Assembly: GCA_963665125.2 (NCBI GenBank)
Contig: CAXXUK010000001.1
Span: 352,001-416,000 of the forward strand
DNA from: an uncultured Desulfarculus sp.
GTDB lineage: Bacteria > Desulfobacterota > Desulfarculia > Desulfarculales > Desulfarculaceae
Length of the DNA: 64,000 nucleotides
Reading direction: 5' to 3'
Position numbers and translations under genes: made by a program. Below the pieces are notes generated by a model that was given only the letters and a program-made list of their open reading frames with translations, was not told the DNA's origin and made no database searches. How positions within the stretch are numbered: position 1 is the stretch's first letter; the number at the start of each line of letters is the position of its first letter. This document shows, one piece after another, positions 59,710 to 64,000 of this stretch.

Positions 59710-62700
59710 TTATATTTTATCGGTTTTTTTGATGCCCAGTTTTTTCATGCGCGAGTAGAGCGTGCTGTGGTTCAAGCCTAGCAACTCCGCGGCGCCGCCG
59801 GGGCCGTAGACCTTCCAACCGGTTTTTTGCAGGGTGTCAAGGATATAGCGGCGTTCCATTTCCTCCAGGGTCAGTTGCCCTGTGGCGGGTGCTTCCGGCG
59901 AGTGGATTCCCAACTCCGGCACCACGAAGAGGCTGCCCGAATTGAGGATGACTCCCCGCTCGATGACGTTTTCCAGTTCGCGGACGTTTCCCGGCCAGTG
60001 ATAGGCCAACAACTTTTGCATTTCCATTTCCGGGATGCCTTTGAAGGCCTTGCCCATTCTCTCGGAATGAATGCGCAAAAAGTGGTTGGCCAGCGGCGCG
60101 ATGTCCTGAATCCTGTCCCTAAGCGGGGGGACAAAGATGGGAAAGACGCTGAGCCGGTAGTACAGGTCGGAGCGAAAACGTCCGGCGGCCACTTCCTCTT
60201 CCAGGTTGCGGTTGGTGGCCACGACCAGCCGGAAATCCGATCTTATGGTCTCCCTGCCGCCAACACGCTCGAATTCCCTGGTCTGCAACACCCGCAGCAG
60301 CCGCACCTGGATGTCCATGGATATCTCGCCGATCTCATCCAAAAACAGTGTTCCGCCGTCGGCCAGTTCAAAGCGGCCGACCCGCCTTTCGATGGCTCCG
60401 GTGAACGCGCCCTTTTCATGGCCAAACAGCTCGCTGGTGATGAGGCTTTCCGGCAGGGAACTGCAGTGGACCCTGATAAAGGAGTTGTCTTTCCTTTGGC
60501 TTTGCTGGTGCAGGGCTCGGGCGACCATCTCCTTGCCCACGCCGGTTTCGCCCAGAATCATCACCGTTGAATCGGTTGTGGCAACCCGTTCAACCAAGGT
60601 CAGCACCCGCTTGATGGGCGGGCTGGCGGCCACGAAGTCATCAAAGTGCAGTTGCTCCAGCTGCTGTTCCTCGAGGTATTGCTTTTCCTCGTGCAGCCGC
60701 TGGTTCAGACGCTGGATCTCCTCATAGGCCCAGGCGTTGTCCAGGGCGATGGCAGCCAATGATGCGAAGTAGGGCAGCACGTCCAGGTCGCCCTTGTGGA
60801 AGGTGCTGCGTAACAGGCGGTTGTCGTGATACAGCACGCCGATGGTCCGCCCCCGGTAGGACATGGGCACGCAGATCCGCGATTTGATGGAACCGCGCTG
60901 CTGGTATTCGTCCAGATCATCCGGGTTTTGGTTGTGCAAAAAGCCCTTCCCGGCGTCGGCGGCCTGGCGGATCATGTGTAGTGAATGGGCGAAGTCCGGT
61001 TGCTCGACATCCTCTATGAGCAGGTTCTTGGCCGCCCACAGCTCAAACCCCTTTTTGCCGTCCTTGTCCCTGCTGCGGAAGATGCCGGCCCGTTCCGCGC
61101 CGGTGATTTTATTTACCGTGGAAAGGATATGGTTGACGATTTCCTTGGTGTCGCGCTTGGCCACCAGCTCGCGGCCCAGGGAGAGGATCTCCTTGGTGAT
61201 TTCATCGTTGACGGCAAGGCCTTCGGTCAGGTGACGCAGGTCTCCGGGCACCTTTTGGCGGCCGAATTGGTGCAGCACGGCCGAGGCCTCCTTGACCAGG
61301 GTCCTGGCCTGGTTTTCCCGGCCCTGGGCCAGCATCTGCCTGGCGATTTCCACCTGGATCCAGGCGACGGGCTGGATGTTGCCGCATTCGCGGGTCAGCT
61401 CCAGGGCCTTGTGCAGATTGCCCAGGATGGTTTCGGAATCTAGACCCTGGCTTTTCTGATACAGGGCCAGAAAATAGTAGGCTTGGCCTTTGTGGTTGAA
61501 GTTTTCACCCTTCAGGGCCTTTTCTATTTCATCCTTTAGGGAAATGCCTTTTATTGCCGGGTAGTTGCCCTTTTCCATGGCCAGACAGAACTCCAGCAAC
61601 AAGCCCCCAAGGTAATACTGGTGTTTTTCGACGATATCCAGGGCCCGCTTGAGATAATGATGCGAGGTCTGGTTGTCGCCGAGCTTGTAGTAGCAGAAAC
61701 CCAGATAGCCGAAACCGTAGCACTGAACGAATTGTTTGACGCCCTTGGATAGGCGCAGGGCCTCCTTCAAGTGTTTGATTGAAGTTTCATAGTCGGCGGT
61801 CATTGTCAGGATCAGGCCGATGTGCATCAGCGCCGTGGCGGCCGTGTCATAGTCGCCCATTTTCAGGGCGTGGTCGTGCAGGCCGTCGAGCATGCCCAGG
61901 CCTTGGGAGACCTGGCCGGTGAGGGCGTAGGACACGCCCATCATGTGGATCATCTTCATGGAAAGCTTGTGCTTGGGGTGCTTCTTGGTGAACAGGGGCT
62001 CGCCTGCCTCATAGGTTTCGATGGCCTTTTTGTGCTGGCCGGTCTCCACCAGATACACCACCTTGCTGGTGAAAAGCGTGCGCTCCACCTTCGGGTCGTT
62101 GAGACCCTTGGCCTTTTCCAGGCCGGCGGCGCGGTATTCCAGGGCCACGTCGATGTTGCCGATGATGTATTCATTGGAAGCCAGGTGGAAAAGCACCAGG
62201 GTGGTCAGGGCCTGGTTGCCCCCGCGCCGTTCCAGGCGCCGCAAGGCCTGTTGCAGGTAAGAAATGATCTTGTTTGAATGGCCCACCGCGGCGCTGTCCT
62301 TGGAAAAGGCTATGGCCACCTCGGCGAACAGATTGTCGACCTTGCGGCCGGTGAGGGCCTTGAGATCATTGATTACCTTGTCGTAATAGGCCATCGACTG
62401 GGTCGACTGACCCTCCCTGCGTAGGACATCCCCGGCTTTTTTAAGTATTTCGCACCCTTCGTAGTCGTTTTCCACGTGCATCAGGTGCTTGGCCCCGGCC
62501 ATGAAGGCCTGGTCGCCTTCCACCACTTCGGAGGCCAACAATTTGGCGATGTTTTTGTGCAATGTTTGGCGCTGCTCAATGGGGATGAAGTCGCGGATGT
62601 TGTTTTTGGCGGCTTCATCGGAAAAGCAATAAAAGCCGGTTTCACCTTTTTGAAATATGCCCTTCTGGGCGTATTGGTCACACAACACCAACACTTCCGT

Positions 62701-62823
62701 TGCCTTGGCTCCGGAAAGGGCCTGAATCCAGTCGATGGAGAAAAAGCCGTCAAACAAGGAGGCCATGGAAATTATCTGGGGAGGCGGTCCTTTCAGTGGC
62801 GCGTTAATCTCGGCTGATTGCAT
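59710..62823 (-). CDS. sigma54-dependent enhancer-binding protein (helical/TPR region + GAF + AAA+ + Fis HTH)
   Basis: GETGVGKE, ELFGHEKGAFTGA, LFLDEIGE, FRSDLYYRL, WPGNVRELEN, AAELLGL..STL; GAF-like ICVPM..IGVLY.DN..F...DL. Confidence 0.93.
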   Translation of the reverse strand: MQSAEINAPLKGPPPQIISMASLFDGFFSIDWIQALSGAKATEVLVLCDQYAQKGIFQKGETGFYCFSDEAAKNNIRDFIPIEQRQTLHKNIAKLLASEVVEGDQAFMAGAKHLMHVENDYEGCEILKKAGDVLRREGQSTQSMAYYDKVINDLKALTGRKVDNLFAEVAIAFSKDSAAVGHSNKIISYLQQALRRLERRGGNQALTTLVLFHLASNEYIIGNIDVALEYRAAGLEKAKGLNDPKVERTLFTSKVVYLVETGQHKKAIETYEAGEPLFTKKHPKHKLSMKMIHMMGVSYALTGQVSQGLGMLDGLHDHALKMGDYDTAATALMHIGLILTMTADYETSIKHLKEALRLSKGVKQFVQCYGFGYLGFCYYKLGDNQTSHHYLKRALDIVEKHQYYLGGLLLEFCLAMEKGNYPAIKGISLKDEIEKALKGENFNHKGQAYYFLALYQKSQGLDSETILGNLHKALELTRECGNIQPVAWIQVEIARQMLAQGRENQARTLVKEASAVLHQFGRQKVPGDLRHLTEGLAVNDEITKEILSLGRELVAKRDTKEIVNHILSTVNKITGAERAGIFRSRDKDGKKGFELWAAKNLLIEDVEQPDFAHSLHMIRQAADAGKGFLHNQNPDDLDEYQQRGSIKSRICVPMSYRGRTIGVLYHDNRLLRSTFHKGDLDVLPYFASLAAIALDNAWAYEEIQRLNQRLHEEKQYLEEQQLEQLHFDDFVAASPPIKRVLTLVERVATTDSTVMILGETGVGKEMVARALHQQSQRKDNSFIRVHCSSLPESLITSELFGHEKGAFTGAIERRVGRFELADGGTLFLDEIGEISMDIQVRLLRVLQTREFERVGGRETIRSDFRLVVATNRNLEEEVAAGRFRSDLYYRLSVFPIFVPPLRDRIQDIAPLANHFLRIHSERMGKAFKGIPEMEMQKLLAYHWPGNVRELENVIERGVILNSGSLFVVPELGIHSPEAPATGQLTLEEMERRYILDTLQKTGWKVYGPGGAAELLGLNHSTLYSRMKKLGIKKTDKI

Positions 62824-63123
62824 CGTGGCTCCGTGTTTTGGGGTTGCTGCCTGATATTGCCATAATCTTTATAAGAAAAATGTCGGTAAATCAATGCCAC
62901 GATTTGCGAAATAACGACAATTATGGGTTTCCGTGGCCATCGGTGCTAGCCGTGGCCCCAAACCGGGAGGGTGCGGCTGATCTCTCAGGTTCCAACAGTA
63001 AGAAATCATGGTTCGCTCAGGTCGTTTAATCATATAATTGCTCGATTTTTTACAAGTCTGTTCGCCGGATCTCGTTGAGATTTAAATCAACGCTACCGAA
63101 AGCTGTTAAGGGAGATTTTGACA

Positions 63124-64000
63124 GTGAGAAAAAATGCTCTGCTGGTCCTATTGGTTGGTCTGTTTCTGGCGGCTTCGGCTTCTATCGCCGTTTCGGCTTC
63201 GTCTCAGGGTAAAGACACGCAACTGGCCGATTTTAAGCTGCAAATCACCCAGGACTGGAGTCAGGCTGACTGGACCAAGAACGGCAACAAGATCGGCTGG
63301 CGTCTGCGCTACCAGCCCGGCGGAATCGACGTCAGCCAGTCCACGTTGTCGATAAGCCTGGCCGCCGAGCCCAAAACCGGGGCGAGCAAGGACGATGTTT
63401 ACGCCAGGCAGGTCGAAATCCTGCGCGAAATCAAACAGAGCTTTGCCAATGGCTTTGCCGTTCAGAACATGGACATCCGCGGTGAACGCACCCTGGTGTT
63501 GCGTTATTATGACGACGGCAACACAATTTTCATTGTCCTGCCCCATACCCCAACCAAACTTTACGACATATACGTGTGGAACAAGGGCAAGGCCGAGTCC
63601 ATGCCCCAACCGGCCAAGGACCTGTTGGCCGGGATGAGCCTGTCGCCGGGCGCCGCCCCCGCGCCGGAAGAGCCCGAGGAGGCGGTCATCGTCGAAACCA
63701 CCGCAGCTCCCACCGCCCAGCCCGTTGATGAGGCCAACCCTGCCGCCACGGCGGCCCCAACCGTAGCGCCCAAACCCGAAACGCCGGCAATGCAGGGCTC
63801 GCCGGTCAAGAACGCCTGTTACATGGCTGCCGACGCCGGCTCGGGCAATGTGGTGACTCTGAAGATGGGTATGTCCCTGGCCGATGTCGAGGCCAAATAC
63901 CAGGTGGTGCCCCAAAGCTCCAGCACCTCCGAGAACGGAAAATACAGGGTATGGCAGGCCAAGATTCCCTGCCTGGCCTATTACCGCTATGCCTTCAGTT
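63124..64000 (+). CDS. Secreted multidomain hypothetical protein, truncated by the window edge
   Basis: GGGAG ribosome site, GTG start, signal peptide VRKNALLVLLVGLFLAASASIAVSA, Pro/Ala/Glu-rich linker; frame open to the end. Confidence 0.65.
   Translation, partial: MRKNALLVLLVGLFLAASASIAVSASSQGKDTQLADFKLQITQDWSQADWTKNGNKIGWRLRYQPGGIDVSQSTLSISLAAEPKTGASKDDVYARQVEILREIKQSFANGFAVQNMDIRGERTLVLRYYDDGNTIFIVLPHTPTKLYDIYVWNKGKAESMPQPAKDLLAGMSLSPGAAPAPEEPEEAVIVETTAAPTAQPVDEANPAATAAPTVAPKPETPAMQGSPVKNACYMAADAGSGNVVTLKMGMSLADVEAKYQVVPQSSSTSENGKYRVWQAKIPCLAYYRYAFS

Overview
Chromosomal window from a GC-rich anaerobe. Gene content (Desulfovibrio-type flavodoxin and CbiK, sigma54 enhancer-binding protein, AOR, LbtU porin) suggests a sulfate-reducing Desulfobacterota member; this is inference. 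From left to right: (1) the end of a histidine kinase, an IS5-family element, a SAM methyltransferase and an HD-GYP protein; (2) an iron-uptake island (DUF2325 protein, an unannotated 50-aa Cys/His microprotein, feoAB, three secreted proteins with a predicted N-terminal His, an LbtU-like porin, GGDEF, flavodoxin, TPR, zinc ribbon) whose promoters share a TTAG-N6-CTAA motif; (3) a ~25-kb cobalamin region with three cobalamin riboswitches: a TonB-dependent receptor, the anaerobic cbiACLD(ET)FGHK operon, and a tightly coupled 10-gene operon; (4) a TetR / class III PLP enzyme / kinase-like / Ntn-hydrolase catabolic cluster, a 7TMR-DISM diguanylate cyclase, and a TetR / ADC-family / AOR module; (5) a sigma54-driven beta-oxidation operon with its large activator. 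The best candidate for an undescribed system is the 10-gene operon (17516-30910). It encodes an ABC-2 pair, a TonB-dependent receptor, a radical SAM/SPASM enzyme, a CobN with no ATPase partner in the window, CcsA-like and ResB-like proteins and a BtuFCD-type importer. The CcsA/ResB pair keeps its membrane histidines but has lost the heme-attachment motifs, suggesting tetrapyrrole/corrinoid trafficking and remodelling. All family calls come from motif recognition, not database searches.
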